From an uncultured Acidobacteriota bacterium (GTDB lineage Bacteria; Acidobacteriota; Thermoanaerobaculia; Gp7-AA8), in NCBI GenBank assembly GCA_963741955.1, contig CAVUKB010000007.1:864001-928000 (forward strand): a stretch of DNA of 64,000 nucleotides. The letters are read 5' to 3'. Each line of letters starts with the position of its first letter. The stretch's first letter is position 1. This document shows positions 20,435 to 30,122 of this stretch, piece after piece. Made by a program: the position numbers and the translations under genes. The notes under the pieces are model-generated. The model was given only the letters and a program-made list of their open reading frames with translations. It searched no databases and was not told the origin of the DNA.

Positions 20435-21306
20435 CGACGTTGCCGGTTGCGCTCGAGCGCAAACGTGCCGCGACCGGCACGATCTCGCGCCGGATTCTCC
20501 TCGCCGTCGTTTTCGCCTGGCTCACCCTGATGCTCTTCGCCCCGGTACTCCTGATCTTCGCAAAGGCTTTCGAGAAAGGAGTGCCGGCCTATTTCGCCGC
20601 GGTCACCTCGCCGGCAGCGCTCTCCGCAATCCGTCTCACCCTCGTCGCGACGGCGATCGCCGTTCCGGCAAACCTCCTCTTCGGCCTCGCCGCAGCATGG
20701 GCGGTGACGCGATTCGAGTTCCCGGGAAAGACCATCGTGGTCACGTTCATCGACCTTCCTCTCAGCGTCTCTCCGGTGATCTCCGGAATGCTGATCGTCC
20801 TCCTCTTCGGGATCCACGGAATCTTCGGTCCTTTTCTGGTCGCCCATGGAATCGAGATCGTCTTCGCCGTTCCGGGAATCGTCCTCGCCACGACGTTCGT
20901 CACGCTTCCCTACGTTGCGCGCGAGCTGATCGGATTCATGCAGACCGAGGGTCGTGACGAAGAAGAAGCCTCGACGTCACTCGGCGCGCGCGGCTGGCAG
21001 ACGTTTCTGCGGGTCACGCTCCCGAACATCCGCTGGAGTCTGCTCTACGGGATCGTCCTCTGCAGTGCGCGCGCGATGGGAGAATTCGGAGCCGTGTCGG
21101 TGGTCTCGGGGCACATTCGAGGCGTCACGAACACGACCACTCTTCACGTGGAGATCCTCTACAACGAGTACCGCTTCACGGAGGCCTTCGCGGTCGCCTC
21201 GCTGCTGACTCTGATTGCGCTGGCCGCGATCGTGGCGAAAGTCATTCTGGAGAGGAAGAGTGAGCGGCGACCGGCCGCCGAGAAGCGAGAGGAGGGGAGA
21301 ACGTGA
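20431..21306 (+). CDS. cysW: Sulfate ABC transporter permease
   Basis: [31 protein letters not shown]. Confidence 0.95.
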   Translation: MTTLPVALERKRAATGTISRRILLAVVFAWLTLMLFAPVLLIFAKAFEKGVPAYFAAVTSPAALSAIRLTLVATAIAVPANLLFGLAAAWAVTRFEFPGKTIVVTFIDLPLSVSPVISGMLIVLLFGIHGIFGPFLVAHGIEIVFAVPGIVLATTFVTLPYVARELIGFMQTEGRDEEEASTSLGARGWQTFLRVTLPNIRWSLLYGIVLCSARAMGEFGAVSVVSGHIRGVTNTTTLHVEILYNEYRFTEAFAVASLLTLIALAAIVAKVILERKSERRPAAEKREEGRT

Positions 21307-22328
21307 AGATCGAGCTGCGGAACATCTCGAAACGTTTCGACGGGTTCGAAGCGCTGCGTGACGTGAGCCTCGAGGTCTGCGACGGAGAGCTTCTCGCGCT
21401 CCTCGGGCCGTCGGGTTCGGGAAAGACGACGCTGCTGCGGATCATCGCGGGACTGGAGACGCCGGACGAAGGGAGCGTCCGCTTCGACGGCGAAGACGCG
21501 ACCCTGCGCGCCATACGTGAGCGGCGGGTGGGGTTCGTGTTTCAGCACTACGCCCTCTTCCGTCACATGACGGTATTCGAGAACGTCGCGTTCGGCCTCG
21601 AGGTGAAACCGCGCCGTGAAAGAGTGACGAAAGAGGAGAGGCGCGCGATGGTGATGGAGCTGCTGCGGCTGGTCGGTCTCGACTTTCTCGCGGACCGCCG
21701 GCCGTCGCAACTCTCCGGCGGACAGCGACAGCGCGTCGCACTCGCGCGGGCTCTCGCGGTCAGACCGCGGGTACTCCTTCTCGACGAGCCGTTCGGGGCT
21801 CTCGATGCGAATGTCCGTCACGAACTGAGGCAGTGGATGCGGTCGCTGCACGAGAAAATCTCCCTGACCAGCGTCTTCGTGACGCACGATCAGGAGGAAG
21901 CGCTCGAGCTGGCGGATCGGGTCGCGGTGTTCAACGCGGGACGGATCGAGCAGGTCGGCTCACCGGAGGAGGTGTACGAGAATCCCGCCACTCCGTTCGT
22001 CTACGGCTTCATCGGGAGGGTGAACCTTTTTCATGCGCGTCTGGACGAGGGTGGAGTGGTGATTGAGCCTGGATCGGAAGAAGCCGACGACGTGATCGCA
22101 GTCCGTTCGCATCAGTTCGAGGTGCTGCGCGCGCCGACCGCCGGCGCGTTTGCCGCGCGGATAAGGAACATCGGCCGCTTCGGCGCGGTGGTGCGGGTGG
22201 AGCTCCTGGCGGCGGACCGCCCGGTGCACGTCGAGCTGACGCGGGGCGAGGTGGCGAATCTCGATCTCGTGCGGGGTGAGGAGGTCTTCCTGCGGCCGCG
22301 CGACTTCAGGCTGGTCCATCCGGATTGA
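21303..22328 (+). CDS. cysA: Sulfate ABC transporter ATPase
   Basis: [27 protein letters not shown]-like C-terminus. Confidence 0.95.
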   Translation: MKIELRNISKRFDGFEALRDVSLEVCDGELLALLGPSGSGKTTLLRIIAGLETPDEGSVRFDGEDATLRAIRERRVGFVFQHYALFRHMTVFENVAFGLEVKPRRERVTKEERRAMVMELLRLVGLDFLADRRPSQLSGGQRQRVALARALAVRPRVLLLDEPFGALDANVRHELRQWMRSLHEKISLTSVFVTHDQEEALELADRVAVFNAGRIEQVGSPEEVYENPATPFVYGFIGRVNLFHARLDEGGVVIEPGSEEADDVIAVRSHQFEVLRAPTAGAFAARIRNIGRFGAVVRVELLAADRPVHVELTRGEVANLDLVRGEEVFLRPRDFRLVHPD

Positions 22329-22350
22329 CCCGATCTGCAAACCGGAATCA

Positions 22351-22529
22351 TTAGCCCCAGTGGCCCGAACTCAAGGGGCACTGTGGGTGTTCACAGAGCA
22401 GATTCGCGGAGTTACTGCGCATCTGCCGCAGGGGTCGTCTCGTTGCGTTCTGAAGGCGATCTGCGCGGCCACGGCGGGAGCCGTGGCGCCCCTCGGAGAG
22501 GGGATCCTTCGCTGCCCAGCAAGCTCGCG
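22351..22529 (+). repeat. 179-bp structured dispersed repeat, family A copy 2
   Basis: Matches the reverse complement of 3921-4099. Confidence 0.92.
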
Positions 22530-22655
22530 CAGACTCCCGGGTTTCATCGCACAATCCCGGCGCGTCATCCGTCACATCGACGGGTGGGGTTCCGTGGTAT
22601 TCATTCAGCCAGCACGGAAGAGTGGCAGCTCTTCGCATCCGACCGAGGTGATCCG

Positions 22656-23984
22656 ATGAGTGAGAGTTCGATTGATACGGTTGTGCGTGTCCGGCTGGAA
22701 CATCGCCCCGGGCAGTTCGCGAAGCTGGCGACCATCGCCGCCGATGAGGGGGCGCTGATCGGGGAGATTGCGAGCGTCCGGGTCACCGAGACTCACACCG
22801 TGCGTGACGTGACCCTCGAGACGACGGACGAGGAGCAGGCGGGGCGTGTCATTGCGGCGCTGGTTGCTGCCGGAGTGGAAGTGCTCGAGCGGACCGACCG
22901 CGTCTTCGACGTTCATCGCGGAGGGAAGCTCCATTCGACGAGCCGGGTCGCGCTCGAAGATCTTCGGGATCTCCGCACGATCTATACGCCTGGCGTCGCG
23001 CGCGTGTCGCAGGCGATCGAGAAAGATCGAAACATGGCCTGGGACCTCACCTCGATCGGCAATTCGGTCGGCATCTTCACCAACGGTACGCGAGTTCTCG
23101 GGCTGGGCGACATCGGTCCGGTGGCGAGCCTTCCGGTGATGGAAGGGAAGGCGGTTCTGTACGACCGGTTCGTCGGGATCAGCGCGACGCCGCTGCTGGT
23201 CGATACGAAAGATCCGAACGAATTCGTCGATACCGTGGAGCGGCTCTCGCACACGTTCGGCGCCATCCATCTCGAAGACATCCGGGTGCCCGATTGCTTC
23301 TTCATCGAGGCGGAGCTCAAGCGGCGCCTTCGGAAGCCGGTGATGCACGACGACCAGCACGGGACGGCGTGCGTGACGCTCGCCGCGATCATCAACGCGT
23401 GCAGTCGCACCGGACGTGATCTCCGTGATTCGCGGCTCGGGCAGATCGGACTCGGCGCGGCCGGAAGCGCGATTGCGCGTCTCGCGCTGGCGTACGGAGT
23501 GGGTGAGGTGATGGTGACGGATGTCGCGGAGGCTGCGATGAAGCTTCTGGTGTCGGAAGGAGCGGTGGCGAGCGACCTTTCAACGATCATGAAGGAAGCG
23601 GACATCGTGATCGCGACGACCGGGAAACCGGGGCTGATCCCGCCGGAGATGGTGAGAAAGGGACAGGTGATCTTCGCCCTCTCGAATCCGAAGTCGGAGA
23701 TCACGCCGTCAGTCGCGCGTGCGGCCGGTGCCGCATTCGCCGGCGACGGACGCTCGATCAACAACGCGCTCGCTTTCCCGGGAATCTTCCGCGGTGCGAT
23801 GCGCGCGAAGAGCCGCGAGATCACTGCAGAGATGATGGTGATCGCGGCGGAGACGATCGCCGCGAAAGCACCGAGCGACGCGGTGGTTCCGTCACCGCTC
23901 GATCTCGACGTGCACCGCGCGGTGGCGGATGCGGTCGAGGCGAAGGCGCGCGAGCTCGGGCTCGCGGATACAGTGGAACTCTGA
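22656..23984 (+). CDS. Malic enzyme with N-terminal ACT domain
   Basis: YTPGVA, VLGLGDIG, PVMEGKA, HDDQHGTA, ALSNP, NNALAFPG. Confidence 0.92.
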   Translation: MSESSIDTVVRVRLEHRPGQFAKLATIAADEGALIGEIASVRVTETHTVRDVTLETTDEEQAGRVIAALVAAGVEVLERTDRVFDVHRGGKLHSTSRVALEDLRDLRTIYTPGVARVSQAIEKDRNMAWDLTSIGNSVGIFTNGTRVLGLGDIGPVASLPVMEGKAVLYDRFVGISATPLLVDTKDPNEFVDTVERLSHTFGAIHLEDIRVPDCFFIEAELKRRLRKPVMHDDQHGTACVTLAAIINACSRTGRDLRDSRLGQIGLGAAGSAIARLALAYGVGEVMVTDVAEAAMKLLVSEGAVASDLSTIMKEADIVIATTGKPGLIPPEMVRKGQVIFALSNPKSEITPSVARAAGAAFAGDGRSINNALAFPGIFRGAMRAKSREITAEMMVIAAETIAAKAPSDAVVPSPLDLDVHRAVADAVEAKARELGLADTVEL

Positions 23985-24067
23985 CCCCGAATTCACCCTG
24001 CCTCGGAATTCAGCCCGGAGTTCCCGCATCGGGGCTCCGTCTCACGCCGGAAGAGCTTTGTGGCCGG

Positions 24068-24352
24068 TCACGATCCCATCACGGCGAATTTCCAGATCAG
24101 AAGCACCACCACGGTCAACAGTGCGACGAGCGCGCTGGTCCGGAACTTACCGAGGAAAAAGCACGCGACTGCCACCGCGAGAAAGATCGTGTTGATCAGC
24201 GCGCCACCGATCCAGAGGTCTGCGCTCTGCAGCGTCAGAGGAGGCGATCCGAAGTGACGGAGGCGGAAGTATTCGGCAAGCGTGCGTAGCAGCGCGAGCA
24301 TCTGGATGCCGATTCCGATCTGGGCGAGGCGCGCGGCCGAAATGCGTCTCAA
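24068..24352 (-). CDS. Small 3-TM hypothetical protein
   Basis: Hydrophobic ORF co-oriented with the M23 gene; start uncertain. Confidence 0.55.
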   Translation of the reverse strand: MRRISAARLAQIGIGIQMLALLRTLAEYFRLRHFGSPPLTLQSADLWIGGALINTIFLAVAVACFFLGKFRTSALVALLTVVVLLIWKFAVMGS

Positions 24353-24369
24353 TGCGACTCCTCAGCGGA

Positions 24370-24987
24370 TCATTGGATCGCCGCGACGCCGGCCGGCGCA
24401 CCGTCTGTTTGCCCGTCGTGTCCCACGAGGATCGGATAGGGATCGATCGACGTCCCCTTCCACCACGCGCCGTCGGCAGAGGGGCGCTCCACCCCGAAGT
24501 GGAGGTGGGGGAAGTTCTTTGGCGCGTTTCCGCTGGTGCCGACGAATCCGATGACTTCCCCCCTCTTCACCTCGGCGCCTTCACGGAGACCGAAAGCATA
24601 GTGATCGAGGTGCGCGTAGTAGTAGACGAGATGGCGCCGGGGACCGGCGAGATAGATGGTGTGTCCTCCGGCGGGGCTCTCGTGAAGCTTCAGGATCCGC
24701 CCCGCGGCGACGGCGAGAACGGGAGTTCCGCGTGGCGCGGGAATGTCGATCGCCTCGTGAAGATGGCCGCTGCGGGGAGCGTTGAACGAGTCGCGAAGGT
24801 CGGTCACCGAAACTCCTTCGACCGGAAGGACGAGACTGTCGGGATTCAGCGCCTGCGCTGCAGTGGTGCGAGAAGGTGCAGCGCTCTCAACGTGAGGAGC
24901 TCGGCGCGAAACGACATGCTGCACGACGAACGCCGCACCGGCCACGATGAGCGCGACCCTGCAGATCACGCGGAGATTCCGGCTCAT
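24370..24987 (-). CDS. M23-family peptidase
   Basis: HEAID, YYYAHL, GTSGNA, PHLHF. Confidence 0.92.
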   Translation of the reverse strand: MSRNLRVICRVALIVAGAAFVVQHVVSRRAPHVESAAPSRTTAAQALNPDSLVLPVEGVSVTDLRDSFNAPRSGHLHEAIDIPAPRGTPVLAVAAGRILKLHESPAGGHTIYLAGPRRHLVYYYAHLDHYAFGLREGAEVKRGEVIGFVGTSGNAPKNFPHLHFGVERPSADGAWWKGTSIDPYPILVGHDGQTDGAPAGVAAIQ

Positions 24988-25086
24988 GAATACCCGAACA
25001 GGAAGGGAGTGGGGGAAAGTCCGCCGGGCTCTGCCTCTGGGGCCGCACGGCCACCGCGGCGGTCGCGCAGATGCCGCACTCTCCGC

Positions 25087-25158
25087 GGCGGATTACGAAT
25101 CCGCACTCCAGGGCGAGAAGCGTGGATTGTGGCGAGGAGTGCGGACTCGCAGTCCGCC
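25087..25158. repeat. Inverted pair of REP-like hairpins
   Basis: GGCGGATTACGAATCCGCACTCC ... GGAGTGCGGACTCGCAGTCCGCC. Confidence 0.65.
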
Positions 25159-25281
25159 ACGAGGATTGCGGCTCACATCCGGCAGTCGCACCACCCGCGC
25201 CCGTGGCAGAAGCGAGGCGGACTGGTTGAATCGTGAACGCCGGTGACGCGTGGATCGATCGGTCCACCGTATCGTCGGTTC

Positions 25282-27288
25282 CTACTCCTCGTGCTCGGCC
25301 GTCTTCTTTGTGGTGACGAACCAGAGATACGCGCAGAGTCCGATGAAGAGGACCAGAGAAATACTCTGCGAGACGGGATCGAAGCCGAAGAACGGAGTGT
25401 GGATCAGATCCTCGCGATACCAGGGAAAGAGGCGCATCGCGGCGCCGATCACGCCGCCGAGCGCGCCTCCCGCCATCAGTCCGGACGCGATGATCACGCC
25501 CCGCTCGCGTGTGGTTCGTCCGCGCGACGGCGACTGGCGCTCGGATCTCCGGATCACGAAATGAGAGATGATTCCGCCGACCAGCGCCGGTGTGTTCAGC
25601 TCGAGAGGAAGATACATTCCGAGCGCGAAGATCAGTGCCGGGACCCCGAGCATCTCCATCGCCACCGCGACCATGCCGCCGGCGATGAAGAGGAGATACG
25701 CGATTGGCTGACGGTTCATGAACCCCTCGACCAGCGCCTGCATGATCGAAGCTTGCGGTGCGGCGAGAACCGGGCGGAGATCGCCGGCGGCCTGTTCGCC
25801 GAACTGGAAGACCTTCGCCAGCATCACGATGGTGAGGCCGACCGCGATCGACGAGGCAATCACGCCGAGGAACTTCACCCGCTCCTGCGCGGCGGGGGTG
25901 GAGCCGATCCAGTATCCCGTCTTCAGATCGGTGATGGTCTGTCCGGACACCGCGAGCGCAGTACACACCATCCCCGCGATGGCCATCACGAAGAACATCC
26001 CCGTCGATCCCGACAGACCGAACCGGAGCAACACCACCGCGGAGATGATGATGGTGAGCATGGTCATCCCGGAGACGGGATTCCGCGCCGTGGTGGCGAT
26101 CGCGTTCGCCGCGACGGATGCGAAGAAGAACGAGAAGACGAGGGTGATCACCAGACCCGCGAAGAGAACCACCGCGGTCGTGTGGAGACTGCCGAAGAAA
26201 ATCGCCACACCGAGTGAAGAGATCACCACGCCGAGGAGAATGGACATGATGCTGATGTCACGGTCGGTCCGCTCGAGTTTGTGGCTGGTGTCTCCTGCGC
26301 GGAACGCCTTTCCCGCGATGGCGAATGATCCGGCGACGATACGGAGCGATTTGATGATCCCGAAGATGCCAGCGGTGGCGATCGCTCCGACGCCGACGTA
26401 TCGCACGTAGCCGCGGAAGATCTGCTCGGCCGACATCTGGGCGATGGGAATGGTCGCGGGGTAGACCGCGGTGGGGAAGTGCTGGCCGATCATCCAGATC
26501 AGAGGGACGAGAACGAAGTTCGCCAGAACGCCGCCCGCGACGAGGATCATCGACGAGCGGAGTCCCATCACGTAGCCGAGCCCGAGAATGAAGGCGACGG
26601 CGTCGAAGCGGAAGACGATCTTCGCCTTCTCGGCGAGGTTCTGCACCGACGGGAGGAACTGGAAGTCGAGATACTCCTTCCATACTTCGAACGTGGTGAC
26701 GAAGAAGTCGTAGATGCCGGCGATCACCGTCGCCTGCACGAGGAGCTTCGCCTGTGAGCCTCCCTTTTCTCCCGTCACCAGCACTTCGGTGATTGCGGTG
26801 GCCTCGGGGTAAGGGAACTTCCCGTGCATCTCGCGCACGAAGTAGCGTCGCAGAGGAATGAGAAACAGCACGCCGAGACAGCCGCCGGCGAGACAGATGA
26901 AGATCGTCTGCAGGGGATTTGGATCGAGGTCGAGGGTATAGAGCGCCGGAAGGGTGAAGATCGCTCCCGCGACGACCGCTCCCGACGCGCCGCCGATCGC
27001 GGTGATGATCACGTTCTCGAGGAGGGTGGAGCGGCGGCTGTAGAGCCGGGCCATACCGATCGCGAGGATGGAGATCGGGATGGCAGCTTCCATCACCTGA
27101 CCGACTTTCAGTCCGGAGTACGCGGACGCCACGGTGAAGACGACGCAGAGGACCACGCCCCAACCGACCGAGCGGAGAGTGGTCTCCGGCATCTTCGACT
27201 GAGGAGGAATGATCGGGGTGTAGAGCTCCTCGTCGGCGAGAGGGATGTAGGCGTTGTCCGGGAGCGACTTGGCTTCGAGCGCGTCCAT
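25282..27288 (-). CDS. OPT-family oligopeptide transporter
   Basis: YSGLKVG, LLENVII, YPEATA, DLKTGYWIG, APQA, ASGLMAG. Confidence 0.93.
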   Translation of the reverse strand: MDALEAKSLPDNAYIPLADEELYTPIIPPQSKMPETTLRSVGWGVVLCVVFTVASAYSGLKVGQVMEAAIPISILAIGMARLYSRRSTLLENVIITAIGGASGAVVAGAIFTLPALYTLDLDPNPLQTIFICLAGGCLGVLFLIPLRRYFVREMHGKFPYPEATAITEVLVTGEKGGSQAKLLVQATVIAGIYDFFVTTFEVWKEYLDFQFLPSVQNLAEKAKIVFRFDAVAFILGLGYVMGLRSSMILVAGGVLANFVLVPLIWMIGQHFPTAVYPATIPIAQMSAEQIFRGYVRYVGVGAIATAGIFGIIKSLRIVAGSFAIAGKAFRAGDTSHKLERTDRDISIMSILLGVVISSLGVAIFFGSLHTTAVVLFAGLVITLVFSFFFASVAANAIATTARNPVSGMTMLTIIISAVVLLRFGLSGSTGMFFVMAIAGMVCTALAVSGQTITDLKTGYWIGSTPAAQERVKFLGVIASSIAVGLTIVMLAKVFQFGEQAAGDLRPVLAAPQASIMQALVEGFMNRQPIAYLLFIAGGMVAVAMEMLGVPALIFALGMYLPLELNTPALVGGIISHFVIRRSERQSPSRGRTTRERGVIIASGLMAGGALGGVIGAAMRLFPWYREDLIHTPFFGFDPVSQSISLVLFIGLCAYLWFVTTKKTAEHEE

Positions 27289-27428
27289 TCAGGCTCCAGG
27301 CGGCGCCGGTTCGAGTCGGGAGAAGTCGGCGCCGCGTTCGAGCCCGCCGGGAACGGACTCGTCGGGCGAAATGGTAACCGATCAGCGCCCGGCACGGACG
27401 GATTTCGTAAACGGAGATTGAAAAACCG

Positions 27429-27476
27429 AGCCCGGATCGTCGCTCCGCAGCAGAAGTCTCGTGAACAGTCCGGGCT
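27429..27476. repeat. Degenerate palindromic mini-element, family D copy 2
   Basis: AGCCCGGA...TCCGCAGCAGAAGTCTCGTGAACAGTCCGGGCT. Confidence 0.55.
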
Positions 27477-27482
27477 GGAGGG

Positions 27483-27902
27483 TCAGCGGACCTCGATCAG
27501 GTGAAAGTCGACGTACTCCGACGGCCGGAGCGGATCGTCGGTGAACCAGACCCGCCGCACCTCTCCGGGAGTCATGTCGTCCATCGCATGGCGCCACTCT
27601 TCGGGGACGTTCTTCCACACTGCGGAATGCGAGGTGGTTTCCTTCTTCTGGGACTGAAAGGTGATGGTGGTCGTGAACGCGACCCGGAGGGCCGACGGAT
27701 CGTCCTCGATGGGAGCCCCTCTGCCGTGGCGGAGGGTGATGTAGAAGATGCCGTCGGCCGCGCGGGTGATTCCTCCCGGCAGAACCTCGCGAGCTCGCGT
27801 GGTCGCGGTTGCGGCTCGGCCGGGTTCGGCGGGAGCGCCGCACCCGAGGAGCGGAAGAATCGCGAGTGCGATCAGGGAGAGGGAGAAGGTCTTGCGGCTC
27901 AC
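27483..27902 (-). CDS. Lipoprotein with degenerate FKBP-like domain
   Basis: Lipobox LLGC; EEWRHAMDDMTPGEVRRVW resembles the FKBP segment GWxEGLxxMxxGExRRLW. Confidence 0.55.
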   Translation of the reverse strand: MSRKTFSLSLIALAILPLLGCGAPAEPGRAATATTRAREVLPGGITRAADGIFYITLRHGRGAPIEDDPSALRVAFTTTITFQSQKKETTSHSAVWKNVPEEWRHAMDDMTPGEVRRVWFTDDPLRPSEYVDFHLIEVR

Positions 27903-27981
27903 GGTAAGGGATTTTAACCCGGACCCCACGGTGCGAGCACCGGCAGGAGCCGCCGCGGCGTCAGTAGGTCGTTCCAGCGCG

Positions 27982-30084
27982 TTACCCGTCGAGCATTCCG
28001 AGCTGCCACATGAAGAAGATCCGCTGGTCCGCGACGTCCCGGATGCGGAGGTCGAGCGGCTTTCCCTGGCCGTGGCCGGCCTCCCGATCGATCCATAGAA
28101 GCACCGGCCGCGCATCGGGATCGGACGCAGTCACTTCCTGCATCCGCGCGGCCATCTTCCTGGCGTGCAGCGCGTGCACCCGGGTGTCGTTCTCTCCCGC
28201 GGTGAAGAGAACGGCCGGATACTTCGCGCCCGGCTTCACGTTGTGGTAAGGGGAGTAGTCGAGAAGATACCGGAACTGCGCCGGATCTTCGGCTGAGCCG
28301 TATTCAGGAACCCAGTACCGCGCCATCAGGAAGTGGTGGTAGCGCAGCATGTCGAGCAGCGGTACTGCGCAGACCGCCGCGGCGAACAGCTCCGGGCGCT
28401 GCACGAGCGCCGCGCCGGTGAGAAGACCGCCGTTCGACCCGCCGGAGATCGCGAGTCTCGATGGATTCGTGTAGCGCCGGTCGATCAGCCACTCCGCAGC
28501 GGCGATGAAGTCGTCGAAGACGTTCTGTTTTCGATCCAGCATCCCATCGCGATGCCAGCTCTCGCCGAATTCGCCTCCGCCGCGAAGATTCGGCAGTGCA
28601 TAGACCCCTCCCGCTTCGAACCAGGGGAAGAGCGTCGCCATGAACGCCGGAGTTTCCGGAATCCCGAATCCTCCGTAGCCGGTGAGGAGCACCGGATTGT
28701 TCCCGTCGAGCTCCAGTCCCTTCCGGTGCACGAGGAACATCGGGACCCGCGTGCCGTCCTTCGACGGATAGAAGATCTGCTCGACTTCGACCGTAGAAGG
28801 ATCGACCGGGACCGCGGGGCGCGCCCAGAGCTCGCGACTCCCGTCCGCGAGATCGACGCGGTAGATGCTGGTTGGTTCGTTGAAGCTCGTGAAGGTGACG
28901 AAAGCGTCGGTCCGCTCCTCTTCCGTCTCGATCGACGCCGAGCCGATGCCCGGGAGCTCGAGTCGCCGGACGAACGTTCCGTCGAGAGCATGGATCTCGA
29001 TCACGCTCGCGGCATTCTCCAGTGCATCCAGCGCCAGCATGCCCCGAGCAGGCGAGACGCTCTGCAGGATGACGTCCTTCCGTTCGGGGACAATCTCTCG
29101 CCATCGTTCACGATCGGGACGATGGAGATCGACCGCAACGAGCCGTCCATTCGGTGCGCCGAGGGTGGTCTGCATGAAGAGCGTGTCGCCGACCACCGGC
29201 CCCGTGCTGATGGCCTTCTCTCCCTCGACGATCGTTCGCATGGTGACCACGCCGGTCGCGAACCAGTGGCGAAGGTCGATCACCCAAAGGTCGTTCGAAT
29301 CGGTCCCCGTCCAGTATCCGAGGATCATCCATCGTGCATCTCTGGAGGTCCAGGCGAATGGTCCCCACGTCGTGGAGAGTGGGCCTTCCTGGTATTGCGC
29401 GAAGAGGATCGGATCGTCCGCGGCTTCGGCGCCGAGACGGTGGAATCGAATCTGACGCGAGTAGGGGTTCGAAAGATCCGCGAGCCGGGCATAGAAGAAG
29501 CCGGAGGAGTCCGGCATCCATTGAACGTCCTCCACTCGTCCCGCGATGATGTCCGGAAGACGCTCGCCGCGGACGACGTCAACGAGATTGAGTGTCGTGT
29601 TCTCGTCTCCCGCGCGGTAGAGGCCGAACGCCATGAGGGAGCCATCGTGGTTCGGGGCGGTCCAGTCGAGCGCCGTGAGTCCGTCGCGATCGATCGCATT
29701 CGGATCGACCAGCGCCCGGGGAGCGCCGGCGGGGCCTTCCTGCACGTACGAGACGTACTGCGCCTGAGTTCCTGCGCGTTTCCAGAAGAAGATCCGATCG
29801 CCACGCATCTGTGGCGTGTTGATGCTGTCGCACTCCATGAGCCGGCGCAGGCGCGACTCGAGCTCCGCGCGCCCGGGGAGGGAATCCAGCAGACGTCGGG
29901 TGTGGGTGTTCTGAAGGTCGGTCCACTCCGAGACCCGCGCGTCGAGAGCCGGATCATCGTCGGCCTCCGGCGCGGAGCTCCCTTCGAGCCATCGGTATGG
30001 ATCGACGACGGGGACGCGGTGAAGAGTCTCCTTCACCGGTCGGATCTCGGTTGGCGGAGTGGCACACGTTTTCGCTACAGGCAC
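27982..30084 (-). CDS. Prolyl oligopeptidase (S9A)
   Basis: DPYRWLE, SKDGTRVPM, GGSNGGLL, DTRV, AGHG. Confidence 0.95.
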   Translation of the reverse strand: MPVAKTCATPPTEIRPVKETLHRVPVVDPYRWLEGSSAPEADDDPALDARVSEWTDLQNTHTRRLLDSLPGRAELESRLRRLMECDSINTPQMRGDRIFFWKRAGTQAQYVSYVQEGPAGAPRALVDPNAIDRDGLTALDWTAPNHDGSLMAFGLYRAGDENTTLNLVDVVRGERLPDIIAGRVEDVQWMPDSSGFFYARLADLSNPYSRQIRFHRLGAEAADDPILFAQYQEGPLSTTWGPFAWTSRDARWMILGYWTGTDSNDLWVIDLRHWFATGVVTMRTIVEGEKAISTGPVVGDTLFMQTTLGAPNGRLVAVDLHRPDRERWREIVPERKDVILQSVSPARGMLALDALENAASVIEIHALDGTFVRRLELPGIGSASIETEEERTDAFVTFTSFNEPTSIYRVDLADGSRELWARPAVPVDPSTVEVEQIFYPSKDGTRVPMFLVHRKGLELDGNNPVLLTGYGGFGIPETPAFMATLFPWFEAGGVYALPNLRGGGEFGESWHRDGMLDRKQNVFDDFIAAAEWLIDRRYTNPSRLAISGGSNGGLLTGAALVQRPELFAAAVCAVPLLDMLRYHHFLMARYWVPEYGSAEDPAQFRYLLDYSPYHNVKPGAKYPAVLFTAGENDTRVHALHARKMAARMQEVTASDPDARPVLLWIDREAGHGQGKPLDLRIRDVADQRIFFMWQLGMLDG

Positions 30085-30122
30085 CAGATCATCGCTCCCG
30101 ATCGCATCGCAGAGACCGCGGC

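Noticed and set aside
27301-27345. GTTCGAG twice, resembling a tRNA T-loop
   Set aside because: No T-stem, acceptor or anticodon arms; only a short direct repeat
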